Source: an uncultured Methanomicrobiaceae archaeon
Lineage (GTDB): Archaea > Halobacteriota > Methanomicrobia > Methanomicrobiales > Methanoculleaceae
DNA: 64,000 bases
NCBI GenBank assembly: GCA_963826525.1
Contig: CAWGXH010000004.1
Location: 1,536,001 to 1,600,000, forward strand
Direction: 5' to 3'
The notes under the pieces were generated by a model. The model searched no databases, was not told the DNA's origin, and saw only the letters and a list, made by a program, of their open reading frames with translations. The stretch's first letter is position 1; every line of letters begins with the position of its first letter. Shown here one piece after another: positions 11,795-23,648 of the stretch. A program made the position numbers and the translations under genes.

Positions 11795-13736
11795 TCACGC
11801 TACCCGCTCCAGCCCAAGGGCACCGAGGTATGCCATGGTCTGGAGAATATCCTTGTTTTCCGGTGTCAGCATCTCGTCTGGGTTCCTGAACGCGAAACCA
11901 AGGACCCCGAATGTAACATTGTATGCTCTCATCGGAACGTAATGTCCTGCGCCGGCTGGAAGCGTTTCGGTGCCCCTGCCCGCCGCCTGGCCGTTCTCGA
12001 ACGCCCATTGGGCGATCGTCGTCTCTTTGGGTGTGAGAGGAAAGTCGGGGTCGCCGACGCTCACAAAAAGCCCCCCGACCCTCGGCATGAAGATAGCACA
12101 GGTACTCTCGCCGAACTGCTTCATATGGCGATAGAGGGTATCGAGAAGCTCCTGCCGATGCCCGACGTTCGCCAGGTCGCGGGAGAGGACGGCAACGGCC
12201 TCGACCTCCGCCTCGCTCCTCCGTATCTGCGGGAGCAGGTTGCGGAGCCTCGTAGCGAGACTGCTGATGATGAACGCAATGACCACATACCCCACGAATG
12301 AGATGAAATATTCCCAGTCAGCGATGGTAAACGTGTAATAGGGTGTCACAAAAGCAAAGTCGAAGACCAGGATGCTTGCAATCGCAGTGAGTATTGCAGT
12401 CCCTCGACGGAAGAGGAGCGCTGCCGCCACCACCGGAATCGAGCTGAATGATGAGCAGGTTCGACGGGCTGATGAAACGCTGCAGGAAGTAATTCGTTAT
12501 CGTCACCAGCGCGATGAGTACTGCGCTGACGGTGAAATCCAGGCTCATAAGTCGCGGCAGCTGCCGGTGAAGGGGAATAGGCACTGCTGCTTTCGGTTCA
12601 TAGAGGAAGATGTCGATCCCCTTCGACCGGACCATGATCCGGTACACGGGAGAGTAGAAGATATCCAGTCCCCGGGGTTTGCCGAGCATGATCATGGAAA
12701 CATTGTGCTGCCGGGCGTACCTGAGCAGTTCTCCCGCCACATTCTCTCCGCGGTAACGCACGATCCGCCCCCCGAGACTTCGCGCTGTCTCCATCGCATC
12801 GTTGAGCCACTGCCGCTCCCGATCCGTGAGACTCTGTTCTTCCCCGGTTCCGATAGAGATCACGATCCAGTCCGCACCGAACCTATCCGCAAGACGGTAC
12901 GCCGCACGGACCATCTGCTCCGCCGCAGGACCCGGGCGTATCCCCACGAGGAGACGCTCTCCGGCCGGCCACGGGCCCGGAATGGCCCTGGCTCGCATCT
13001 CTGTGATCATCTGCCTATCGGTGATCTGCGCCACGTACCGGAGAGCAATCTGCCGGAGCGCCAGCAGATTTTCCGTGCTGAAGAATCTCCGGACGGCCTG
13101 CTCGGCCATGTCCTGCACGTAGACCTTTCCGGCACGGAGGCGGACACGAAGTTCCTCGGGAGGAATGTCTATCAGGCGAATCTCGTCGGCGTCGTAGAGG
13201 AACGTATCCGGCACCGTCTCTGTGACATGTATCCCCGTGATCTGGGCGACGATGTCGTTCTGGCTCTCGATGTGCTGGATGTTGACGGTGGTGTAGACCG
13301 ATATTCCCGCGTGGAGGATCTCTTCGATGTCCTGGTAGCGCTTGGCGTGGCGGCTTCCCGGTGCATCGGTATGTGCAAGTTCGTCGACGAGGACGACCTC
13401 CGGGCGGCGCCGGATGACCGCGTCGAGATCGAGCTCCCACAGCGTCAGGCCCTGATACTCAACGGCGATCGCGGGGACGGACTCGAGCCGTGCTGCGAGA
13501 ACGTCCGTCTCAACCCTCCCGTGCGTCTCCACATACCCGATCACAATGTCGAGCCCGTCCCTCCGGTGCGAAAGCGCATCCTGGAGCATCGCGTAGGTCT
13601 TCCCGACACCGGCGGCATAGCCCAGATAGACCGTCAGACGTCCCTCTTCTGCTTTCTGTTCCGCACGCTTTGCTACGGCGAGCAGGTCCTCGGGCAGGGG
13701 GCGGCCCTCTTCGGCATCTCTCTCCGGTGTCGTCAT
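11795..13736 (-). CDS. kdpD: KdpD-like K+ sensor (KdpD-USP-4TM-GAF, no kinase domain; frameshift ~12440)
   Basis: YLGYAAGVGKTYAML, LVDELAHT, KRYQDIEEIL, TTVNIQHIES, ETVPD; USP; TM; GAF (AGRGTETLP). Stops right after GAF. Confidence 0.9.
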
Positions 13737-14317
13737 CCTCCTCCATCCAGATCGTCCAGTGCACGGTTGAGCGAGAGGACGTTGACGTACTGCCCCGTGA
13801 ACGGAACCGGGAGGGCTTCCGCCCGGGCGAGGACGAGTGTGCGGACCTCGCTCTCCGGAAGGTTGCGAGCCCTGGCAACGGCGGGGACTTGCAGCAGCGC
13901 GGCATCAAGGCTGATAGCGGGGTCAAGCCCGCTCCCGGACGCCATGACCAGATCCGATGGTATGGAGCCGTTCACTCCGGCATCCCGGAGAAGGCTCACC
14001 CGCTCTGCGATCTGCTCCTGGAGCAGAGGACTTATCGGCGCCAGGTTGGATCCGCCGGAGAACGAGGCATTGTACACGCTGATCGGTGTCGCCGAGGGGC
14101 GGCTCTGGAAGTACAGCGGTGCGCTGAAGTTCTGGCCGATCAGGCTCGAGCCGATCACCCGCCCCTGATCGCCGACGACCAGGCTCCCGTGCGCCTGATA
14201 CGGGAATGCCGTCCCGGCGACGATCGTTACCGCAAGGGGATAGACAAATCCCGTGATTACGAAGAGGAAGAGGAAGAGGAACAGACCGGTTTTCACCGCA
14301 CGGCGTATAGTTGTCAC
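13733..14317 (-). CDS. kdpC: K+-transporting ATPase subunit C
   Basis: GSSLIGQNF, YFQSRPSA, SGGSNLAP, ASGSGLDP, VNVLSLN. Confidence 0.95.
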   Translation of the reverse strand: MTTIRRAVKTGLFLFLFLFVITGFVYPLAVTIVAGTAFPYQAHGSLVVGDQGRVIGSSLIGQNFSAPLYFQSRPSATPISVYNASFSGGSNLAPISPLLQEQIAERVSLLRDAGVNGSIPSDLVMASGSGLDPAISLDAALLQVPAVARARNLPESEVRTLVLARAEALPVPFTGQYVNVLSLNRALDDLDGGG

Positions 14318-14331
14318 GAATAAGCACCTTT

Positions 14332-16402
14332 TCAGATATGCAGGATTCCGGCGAGCACGAGGTCAATCGCTTTGATGCCGAGAAACGGGGCGACGAGGCC
14401 GCCGATACCGAAGAGGATCAGATTGTAGGCGAAGAGCCTTGATGCCGGCATCGGTTTGAACTTCACGCCCGCGAGCGCGATCGGGATCAGGAGCGGGATG
14501 ATCAGAGCATTGAAGATGACCGCGGAGAGGATGGCGGACTGTGGGGTCGCGAGGTCCATGACGTTCAGCACCACGAGCTCTGGGTAGATCCCGACCAGGG
14601 CGGCCGGTATGATGGCGAAATACTTGGCGATATCGTTCGCGATGGAGAACGTGGTGAGGGCCCCGCGGGTCATCAGGATCTGTTTGCCGATTTCGACGAT
14701 ATCCAGCAGTTTTGTGGGATTGCTGTCCAGATCGATGATGTTGGCCGCCTCCCGCGCCGGCTGCGTCCCGTTGTTCATGGCCACCGCCACGTCGGCCTGG
14801 GCGAGGGCAGGTGCATCGTTGGTCCCATCGCCCGTCATGGCTACCATGGAGCCCTCGTCCTGAGTTTCGCGGATCATCCGCAGTTTATCGTCCGGCTTCG
14901 CTTCGGCAAGGTAATCGTCCACGCCCGCTTCGGCCGCGATCGCAGCCGCGGTGAGCGGGTTGTCGCCCGTGATCATGACCGTCCGGATTCCTATCCGGCG
15001 AAGGTCGGCGAACCGTTCCCTGATGCCGGTCTTCAGGATGTCCTTGAGGAAGATCACGCCGAGGATCGTCTCGTTCCTGGCCACCACCAGGGGGGTGCCT
15101 CCTGCCGACGCGATCCCGTTTACTTTTGCCATAAGATCGGGAGGAATGGGCTCTCCACGCTCCTCGACCATCTTCGTAATCGCGTCGGTGGCTCCTTTCA
15201 GGTATAAAGTCCCCCTGCACTCGGCGCCGCTTACCCGGGTGGCGGCCGAGAACGGAATGAACGTGGTCTCCCCGGGGCAAGCAGGAATGGTACCGGTCTT
15301 CTCCCTGACAAGGGCAAGGATGCTCCGGCCCTCCGGGGTCTCGTCGGCATAGGAGGAGAGAAGGGAAGCCTGCATCAACGCATCGCGGGACTGCCCCTCC
15401 ACCGGGATGAATTCTGCCGCCTGTCGGTTTCCGAGGGTGATCGTCCCGGTCTTGTCGAGGAGCAGGACATTGACGTCGCCCGCCGCCTCGATCGCACGGC
15501 CTGATAGTGCGATGATGTTCCGCTGGAAGAGGCGGTCCATGCCGGCGATCCCGATCGCCGGGAGAAGGGCGGCGATGGTCGTGGGAGCCAGGCAGACGAA
15601 GAGTGCGACCAGTACCGTGAGGGTGGCGGGGGCGCCCGAACCGGTGAACGAAGCGCTGTAGGCAGATACCGGGTAGAGGTTGCCGACAACCGCCAGGAAG
15701 ACGGCGGTCAATGCCAGCAGCAGGATCTCGAGTGCAACCTCGTTGGGTGTCTTGCGCCGTTCGGCACCCTCGACCATGGCGATCATGCGGTCGAGGAAGG
15801 TCTCCCCGGGCTTTGTGGTGACCCGGACGATGATCTCGTTCGCGAGCACCGTAGTGCCCCCCGTCACGCCGCTACGGTCTCCCCCAGCCTCGCGCACCAC
15901 CGGTGCGGACTCTCCGGTGATAGCGGCTTCGTTGACCAGAGCGGCTCCCTTCACCACCTCCCCATCCCCGGGGATGATCTCGTTCGCCCTCACGAGGACG
16001 AGGTCGTCCGCGCCGGAGGTCGGCGGAAGAGACCTCTTCGATCGGCGCATCGAATGCCTCTTTCGCGAGGCGGTGCGCGGGCACACTGGTGCGGGACTGC
16101 CGGAGCGACGCCGCCCGTGCCTTCCCCCGCCCTTCGGAGAGAGACTCGGCGAAGTTGGCGAAGAGCACCGTCAGCCAGAGCCAGAGAGAGACGAGCCCGG
16201 TGAATATCGTCTCTTCGGGGACTGCAGCGGCGAGGCCGGCGAAGAAGCTCGCCGTCGTAACGATCCCGCCGATCTCCACCGCCAGCATGACCGGGTTGTC
16301 TACCTGTTTGCGGAGGTCCAGTTTGCGCACGGTGCCGATGAGCGCTTCGCGGATGAGCTCGGGTTCGAGAGCGCCGAACCGGGGATACCGTTTCCGGGTC
16401 AT
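14332..16402 (-). CDS. kdpB: K+-transporting ATPase subunit B (frameshift ~16010)
   Basis: [22 protein letters not shown] phosphorylation motif, TGDGTNDAP. Confidence 0.95.
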
Positions 16403-16406
16403 CGGG

Positions 16407-18114
16407 CTACCCTCCTCCGAACAGGAGCAGGTGATCGGCAATCGGCCCCATGGCGAAGAGCGGGAAGAAGGTGAGCGCCCCGACGATCAGGATCACGAGG
16501 ATCGTCCAGACGGTGAACGTCCCGGAGGCGGTTGGCAGCGTTCCGGGTCCCGGTGGAGCGGCCTTCTTTTCGGCCATCGATCCGGCTAGGGCAAGCATTG
16601 CGACCGCCGGAACGAACCGCCCGATGGCCATCGCCGCGGCGCCGGCGAGTGCGTAGAAGATATCGGATGCGTCGAACCCGGCAAATGCACTCCCGTTGTT
16701 GTTGGACATGGAGGCAAAGGTGTAGATGAGTTCGGAGAGGCCGTGCGGGCCCGGGTTGTGCATCGCTGCGGTCACGCCCGGCAGGAGCAGGGCGACTCCC
16801 GTGAGGACGAGGACGAGCACGCCCGGCACCAGGACCGTGAGAACGGCCATGCGCATCTCCCGAACCTCGATCTTCTTGCCGAGGGTACTCGGGAGTCCTC
16901 CCGATCATCAGGCCGGCGATGAAGACGGCGACCACGATAAAGCCGATGAACGTATAGAATCCCGATCCTACCCCGCCGAAGGCGACCTCGCCGAGCAGGA
17001 TCAGGAACATCGGTATCATGCCGGCGATCGGCATGAAGGAGTCGAACAGGGCGTTGACCGCTCCGCAGGACGTCGCGGTGGTGGAGGCGGCGAAGAGGGC
17101 GGTGCCGCCGAGTCCGAACCGCACCTCTTTGCCTTCCATGGAGATTCCGGTCACGCCGTACTGCCCCATGAGCGGGTTGCCGCCCAATTCTGCGGTATAG
17201 AGCACACCGAGGGCGGAGAGGTATATCACCAGCATAACGGCGTAGATCGCCCATCCCTGCCGCATCGACCCGGCCATCCGCCCGAAGACGAAGGGTAGGG
17301 CGGTCGGGATCAGCAGGATCAGAAAGATCTCCACGAGGTTGGTGAACGGTGTCGGGTTCTCGTAGGGATGGGCGGAGTTGGCGTTGAAGAATCCGCCCCC
17401 GTTCGTGCCGAACTCCTTGATGGCCTCTTGAGAGGCGACGGGCCCCATGGCGATCGTCTGCGGTCCGGCAGGGCCGTACCCCACGGCGTGCACGTAGGGG
17501 TCGAAGTTCTGGACGACTCCCTGCGAGACGAGCAGGAGGGCGATGATAAATGCAACCGGGAGGAGGATGTAGAGGACGCACCGCGTCATGTCCACCCAGA
17601 AGTTGCCGATCCGGTCGGTCGACCGGCGGGTGATCCCCCGCATCACCGCGACGGCGATGCAGATGCCGGTGGCGGCAGAGAGGAAGTTCTGAACCGCGAA
17701 ACCTGCCATCTGGGTCAGGTAACTCGCGGAGACCTCTCCCGCATAGATCTGGTAATTGGTGTTGGTGACGAAACTGACCGCTGCGTGGATTGCCGTGCGA
17801 AGGTCGAATGCGCTGAAGCCTTCCGGGTTCAGCGGCAGGTAACCCTGCAACAGGAGGAGCGAGAAGAGAACAAAGAAACCGATGCCGTTGAAGATGAGCA
17901 TGTCCCATACGTACCCCTTCCACCCTTCCTCCGTATCTGCCGATGTGCCGATGAAATGATAGAGCCGGGTCTCAATCATTCCGAGGAAGCCGCGGGAGTA
18001 GCCCCCGGAGAAGACATGGGTCATGAACCTGCTGAAGAACACTCCCGCGACGGTTACGGCTGCGAGGAACCCGAGGAAGAGGAAACCGTCGAGAAGCGGT
18101 TCTGGTTGTGCCAT
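16407..18114 (-). CDS. kdpA: K+-transporting ATPase subunit A (frameshift ~16880)
   Basis: [39 protein letters not shown], then [10 protein letters not shown] in the second frame. Confidence 0.95.
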
Positions 18115-18423
18115 AGCGGATCATCTGGTTTGTATAAACTGGGAAAGATAATTCCTATCATTATAAAATTAACGTCCCTGCGGAGTAGTCTTTACCATGC
18201 TATACGGGTCCGTCGTCCCGGGCGAGGGGGGAAGCATGGTGGAATACCAAACGGACGCCGGTGGCGATCGGGGAGGTAGTGCAGCAATCCGCACGCCGTC
18301 ATAGCAGCCTCCTTCGATCTCTTCGGCAGATATCTCGTCGTCCGCCTTTTCTTCTCGTACAGGGCGTCGGGGGCGCCCGGGGGTATATCAGATTTATATC
18401 GGAGAGGGTGCCACGCTGTATAC

Positions 18424-19896
18424 ATGAAGCGCATCGAACACCTGGCGTCCATCGCCGGTGACATCGGCGCGATATTCCGGTGGCTCGGCATCCTCGCCCT
18501 TGCACCCTTCATCGTTATCGTCATCTTCGGGGAATGGCAGATGATCATCCCCATGGCTCCGGTACCGATACTCTTTTTCATTCTCGGTTATCTGCTGCAG
18601 AGGATCCGTCCGAACGAACGTCACCCAAAGTTCAGTGTCGCACTGGTCGGCGTGGCGCTCACCTGGCTCCTTGCAGCGCTCATCGGGGCGATTCCGTTTC
18701 TGCTCGGTGCACAGATGTCCATTACGGACAGCATTTTCGAGTCAATGTCGGGATGGACAACCAGCGGTTTTTCCGTTGTTCCGGTCATCGACAACCTTCC
18801 CCAGACACTTATCTTCTGGCGCTCGTATACCCAGTGGATAGGGGGAATCGGCATCATTGCATTCGGAGTCGCGATGTACAACCGGTCTGCCATTGCACTC
18901 TCGCGCCTCTACCATTCGGAAGGCAGACCAGAGGAGTTTATGCCCAGCGTGACCGGCACCGCACGGCGCGTATGGATCGTCTATCTGGCACTCACGGTCG
19001 CATTCACCGTCTTGATCCTGTTCTCCGGGATTCCGCTCTGGGATTCTCTCAATCTTGTGATGGTTGCGATATCGACCGGTGGGTTCTCCAACCACGACGG
19101 CGGAGTGCTTTTCTACCAGAATCCAATGCTGGAGGGAATGCTCATACCGGTCATGATCGCCGGCTCTCTGCCGATTCAGGTCAGCATCCTGCTTTATTAC
19201 GGTAAATTCCAGCCGTTCATCAGGAGCCGGATCCTCCACTTCATCACGGCCGCAACTCTGACGGTTTCCGCCCTCGTCGTCTTCAACCTGCAGTGGAACA
19301 ACGGGATGCCGCTATTACAGGCGATCCGTGAAGGAGTCTTCTGCGTCGTCTCGGGCTTTACCACCACCGGATTCCAGAACTCCGATATACTCCTCTGGAC
19401 ACCGGTCGCAGTCGTCCTGCTCACGATCCTGATGTTCGTCGGAACGTCGCTCGGGAGCACCGGCGGCGGCATCAAGGTAAACCGGGTGCTCCTCACCTAC
19501 AGCGCACTGGTCTGGTGGTTCAAGCGGCTCTTCGTCAGCAGGAACGTAAAAATTCCATTCCGCTACGAAGGGGTGACGTATCCGGAATCGATCTCGGAGG
19601 TCGAGATCGCAAAGAACATGCTGATCATCTTTCTGTACTTCTCCACCTTCGTCGCGGCGACGGTATTTGCACTCCAGGTCACGGCGACAACCTTTACCGT
19701 CTACGAAGTTCTCTTCGAGGTAGTGTCGGCGCTCAGCAATGTCGGCTTGAGTGTCGGGTACCTGACGCCGGGCTCGCCGTTGCCCATCAAGTGGCTTTTC
19801 ATCTTCCTGATGTGGATCGGGAGATTGGAGTTTGTAGCAGTGATTGCGCTGTTCATCGGCCTCGTGAAGGGGTTCGATGCCTTCGAGGTGAAGTGA
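18424..19896 (+). CDS. trkH: TrkH-family potassium uptake protein
   Basis: FESMSGWTTSG, QWIGGIG, STGGFS, GSTGGGIK, SALSNVGLS, MWIGRLE. Confidence 0.92.
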   Translation: MKRIEHLASIAGDIGAIFRWLGILALAPFIVIVIFGEWQMIIPMAPVPILFFILGYLLQRIRPNERHPKFSVALVGVALTWLLAALIGAIPFLLGAQMSITDSIFESMSGWTTSGFSVVPVIDNLPQTLIFWRSYTQWIGGIGIIAFGVAMYNRSAIALSRLYHSEGRPEEFMPSVTGTARRVWIVYLALTVAFTVLILFSGIPLWDSLNLVMVAISTGGFSNHDGGVLFYQNPMLEGMLIPVMIAGSLPIQVSILLYYGKFQPFIRSRILHFITAATLTVSALVVFNLQWNNGMPLLQAIREGVFCVVSGFTTTGFQNSDILLWTPVAVVLLTILMFVGTSLGSTGGGIKVNRVLLTYSALVWWFKRLFVSRNVKIPFRYEGVTYPESISEVEIAKNMLIIFLYFSTFVAATVFALQVTATTFTVYEVLFEVVSALSNVGLSVGYLTPGSPLPIKWLFIFLMWIGRLEFVAVIALFIGLVKGFDAFEVK

Positions 19897-20192
19897 CGGC
19901 GTCGATACCCCCAGGTCTCCTTTTCGTGCTCGGCAGGTACCGCAACAAAACAACCGAGCAGGAGAACTTTCATTCTTGCGCGCGGCTCATCTTCCGATCT
20001 CAATCTCTCGCCGCTCCGGGAACGGCGTGCGGATTTTGCGAACTACGCATGCCGGTTACTGTGCGGGAGGCGAAACGGTTCCTCAACGAATATTTCGTTC
20101 CGGCGTCAACTGTCGGTATCCTGCCGCTCTGCGAGAGTTTATTTCCAAAATCGATCACTATAACAACCAGTGTCGAAAAATATTGAGCAAAT

Positions 20193-21664
20193 ATGAGCCG
20201 GTTCTCGGAGATCGCGGCTATCGCCCCGGATCTCGGTCGGATCTTCCTGTTCATGGGCGTGGTATCCTGCCTCCCCCTGCTCGTCGGCCTCATGTACGCC
20301 GAGTACGAGATCCTGCTCGCGATGGCGTCGGCTCCGGCGGTCTTTGTCCTGCCGGCCTGATCCTCGTCCGGGTTCCGGGAGACGAACGGGAGCCGCCGCT
20401 CTCGATCGCTCTCGGCTCGGTCGCCCTGATCTGGCTCGTCGCCTCGCTCATCGGTGCTCTGCCGTTCACCCTCGGGATCGGGATGCCGTATACCGACGCC
20501 GTCTTCGAGGCGATGTCCGGCTGGACGTCGACGGGCCTGACCCTGATCCCCGACGTCGATGCCGTGCCGATGACCTTGCTCTTCTGGCGGTCGCTCACCC
20601 AGTGGATGGGCGGGATCGGGATCGTGGCGTTCACCGTGGCGCTCGCGTCCCGGTCGAGCCTGACGAGTTTCCGGCTCTACCGTTCGGAAGGCCGGAGCGA
20701 GACGCTGATGCCGAGCGTGGTCGCGACGGCCGTGCAGATGTGGCGGATCTACCTCCTCCTCACCCTGGCCGGGGTCGGCCTCGTCCTCCTCTCCGGCGTT
20801 CCGCTCTGGGATGCGGTGAATATCAGCATGACCGCTATCGCGACGGGCGGGTTCTCGGTGCATACCGCGGGGATCATGTACTACGATAACGCCCTTCTCG
20901 AAGCGCTGATCATCCCGATCATGATCGCCGGCGCCCTGCCGTTCAAGATCTACTACCTGATGTACTTCCGCCACCATCTCGGCGTCTTCGGCGACCGCCA
21001 GGCATACCTGCTCTTCGGCCTGATCGGGATCGTCTCGGCGATCGTCGCCTTCGATCTCGTCTATCTCTCTGCCGTCGAACCTGTGATCGCAATCCGGCAG
21101 GCCGTCTTCATGGTCGCGAGCGCCATCACCTGCACGGGGTTTAACAACGCCCTCGTCATCGAATGGTCGAGCGTGACGGTGCTCTTCCTCTCCTTCTTCA
21201 TGCTGATCGGCGGCTCGTCGGGGAGCACCGCCGGCGGGATAAAACTCTCCCGGATCATCCTCGGGGCGGAGAGCCTGGTCTGGTGGTTCCAGCGGCTCTT
21301 CCGGAGCAGCCGGGCGGTCATCCCGTTCCGGCACGAGGGGAGACCCATCGAACGGAATATCGCCGAGTACGAGGTCTCGAAGAACATGCTGATCGTCATC
21401 CTCTTCTTCGTCATCGTCTTCTCCGCGACATTGCTGACGATGCACCTCGAAGGCTATGCCGGGTTCGAGTCGAGCGACGTCCTCTTCGACGTGATCTCGG
21501 CGATGTCGAACGTCGGGCTCTCCACCGGGTTCGTCACCCCGGATATGAGCACGGCGTCGAAGTGGCTCTTCGTCGCGATCATGTGGGCAGGCAGGCTTGA
21601 GGTTATTCCGGTGATCGCCCTTGCAATGGGACTGCTGCGGCAGGTGAGTCTGAAGCGGGGGTGA
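20193..21664 (+). CDS. trkH: Second TrkH-family potassium uptake protein (frameshift ~20350)
   Basis: Start MSRFSEIAAIAPDLG by hand translation; FEAMSGWTSTG, GSTAGGIK, MWAGRLE. Confidence 0.9.
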
Positions 21665-21921
21665 CGTCGTGCGATTATTCTATCCGCCCCCCCTGGATGC
21701 AAAAACGGTCTCTCTCAACGGTCTTCCGGAGCCACCGGCACTTCGCGGTAAGATCACGCCCTTTTGTATGGGGTTCCGGTATCCGGGGCAGGCCACCGTC
21801 TTTTCCCTCGTCCCTCCTTGAGGAGAGGACGCTCAATCAATGATGGAGCGATTCAGGGAGAAGAAATGCGCCGCCGCAACGAGTGTCCCCCACCGGCCGG
21901 TGAGAGGGAGAAAGGCCCCGG

Positions 21922-22848
21922 CTATGCCTCCGCCCCGCACTCCACCCGGCATTGTGCCGATCGGTAAAAAAAGTAACCGACGATGACAAAAGTGACAACG
22001 GGCGATAGCCACGCCGGGATATGGACGCCGAAACTGTCCAGGATCATGATCGTCCCGAGCACGAGGATCGAGTACATCGCCCCGTTCTTGAGGTACTGGT
22101 AGCACTTGATCCGCTCGATATTCCGGATGGTGAGTTCCCGCACGACGAAGGCTCCGATACCGTTTCCGATCAGGATCAGCGGCACGGCAAGCGTGAATGC
22201 AAATGCCCCGATGACACCATCGATCGAGAAGGTCGCATCGATCACCTCGAGGTAGAAGATCTTGGAGATATCCGACATCCTCTGATCTTTGAGCCGGGCC
22301 TCCTGCACCTCCGCGTTCTGCCGGAAACCGTGGACGATGAAGAACGCCGTCGAACCGACGACCGCCCCGAACCCCATCAGCGGGCTCACCTGCAGGCCGA
22401 ACCAGACGATACCGCAGAGCAGGATCGAGACGACCGCAAAGAACCAGACGCTCTTCCGGGCGAAGAACCGCTCTCCCGGAAGGCCGAAGTTCTTCTCCTC
22501 GACAAAGAGCCAGTGGAAGAAGAGAAAGACGAGGAACGTGCCGCCGCCGATCAGGAGGATCGGTGAGGAGGCCTCGATCGCCTCGACCACGGCGGGGTCG
22601 CTCGAGAATGTTGCAAAGAGCGCTCCGACAGGGCCGAGAGACGGGGTGGCCACCCAGACAATCAGCCAGGGGAGGAGACCGCGTATCACAAACACCGCAA
22701 GCAGCAGTCCCCATATGAGAAACCACCTGCGGGCCTTCTCCTGCATCGTCGCGAGCACCTCGGCATTGATGATGGCGTTGTCGATGCTCGATATGATCTC
22801 AAAGAGGCAGAGTCCCGCCACGACCAGGATGAGAGAGAACAGGTCCAT
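21922..22848 (-). CDS. TerC-like / DUF475 integral membrane protein
   Basis: EIISSIDNAIINA, YLEVIDATFSIDGVIGAFA, YLKNGAMYSI. Confidence 0.85.
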   Translation of the reverse strand: MDLFSLILVVAGLCLFEIISSIDNAIINAEVLATMQEKARRWFLIWGLLLAVFVIRGLLPWLIVWVATPSLGPVGALFATFSSDPAVVEAIEASSPILLIGGGTFLVFLFFHWLFVEEKNFGLPGERFFARKSVWFFAVVSILLCGIVWFGLQVSPLMGFGAVVGSTAFFIVHGFRQNAEVQEARLKDQRMSDISKIFYLEVIDATFSIDGVIGAFAFTLAVPLILIGNGIGAFVVRELTIRNIERIKCYQYLKNGAMYSILVLGTIMILDSFGVHIPAWLSPVVTFVIVGYFFYRSAQCRVECGAEA

Positions 22849-22978
22849 ACGTGTTGAGGAATGTCTGCCGGTGAATCCATATAAAACAATAGTTCCGCTC
22901 CGAAACTCCCGGTTCCATTCTTTCGTGCCTCGTTTTCATTTTCGAGACCCGGGAACGTAACCTTGTCCCCTTGCTCTG

Positions 22979-23471
22979 TCAGTCTCCAACGGTCTGCACT
23001 TCCGGTGCCGGCAGCGGGAGTTGTTGCTGCAGCAGGACCCGCTGCTCTTCCACGGAGAGCACCCGGTCGACCGCCATCGTCCGGAGGATCCCGTCCGTGC
23101 CGGTGGCGAGCAGCAGCACCGAGGTATTGCCCGTGCATGCCCGGTTCCGGCAGGCCATGGCGATGGTCCGCGCCGCCTGGCCACTCACAAAGTACCCGGG
23201 GATTGTACTCAATGACGACGAAGGCCTGCCGCGACCTCCGGACGGCGTAGGCCAGCGCCCCGGCATCGCCTGCACGCACTACCCGGACCCGCTCGCTCTG
23301 CTCCGGTTCGATGACGGGCAGCAGGTGCGGGACGTTGCGGCAGATGTAGAGGGCCGAGTCGCCGTGCTCCCGGAGCGCTCCCGCGAGTGCCGCCCGCAAG
23401 GTATTTCCCGGAGCGATGAGGAGCGTAACGGTCTTCTGCCGGGGGAGATCGGAGGGCATGACGGTCATCAC
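22979..23471 (-). CDS. Hypothetical protein, possible degenerate RecA/P-loop fold (frameshift ~23200)
   Basis: Two overlapping frames join into ~160 aa: LYICRN..LL...RVVRA.....L......FVVIEYNP / ..VLLLA...QQQLPLP. No Walker A. Confidence 0.5.
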
Positions 23472-23648
23472 CGGAGTGTGGCAGTTTACAGCATATGAAT
23501 TGTCAACCGTGAGCGGTGCGAAAGTAATCGATCTGCGTGCCGCTCCGACGAAACCGAGCTTTTTGAGTCCTCTTTAAGAGTTTTTCGCGAGCGTGCCGAA
23601 TGTGAACAGCGTCCCCGTTTATCACCTCGTGCGGACGACGCTTGGATC

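Noticed and set aside
12372-14168. Long antisense or alternate-frame ORFs (e.g. 46-741, 12372-14168, 16772-17923, 20000-21445, 31648-32958)
   Set aside because: Shadows of GC3-rich real genes; no recognisable motifs.
18115-18423. kdpF peptide or riboswitch upstream of kdpA
   Set aside because: No short hydrophobic ORF or convincing structure seen.
23472-23648. Possible replication origin (ORB boxes) next to cdc6, e.g. CTCCGACGAAAC at ~23543
   Set aside because: Single imperfect match with wrong spacing, no G-string and no clear AT-rich unwinding element.
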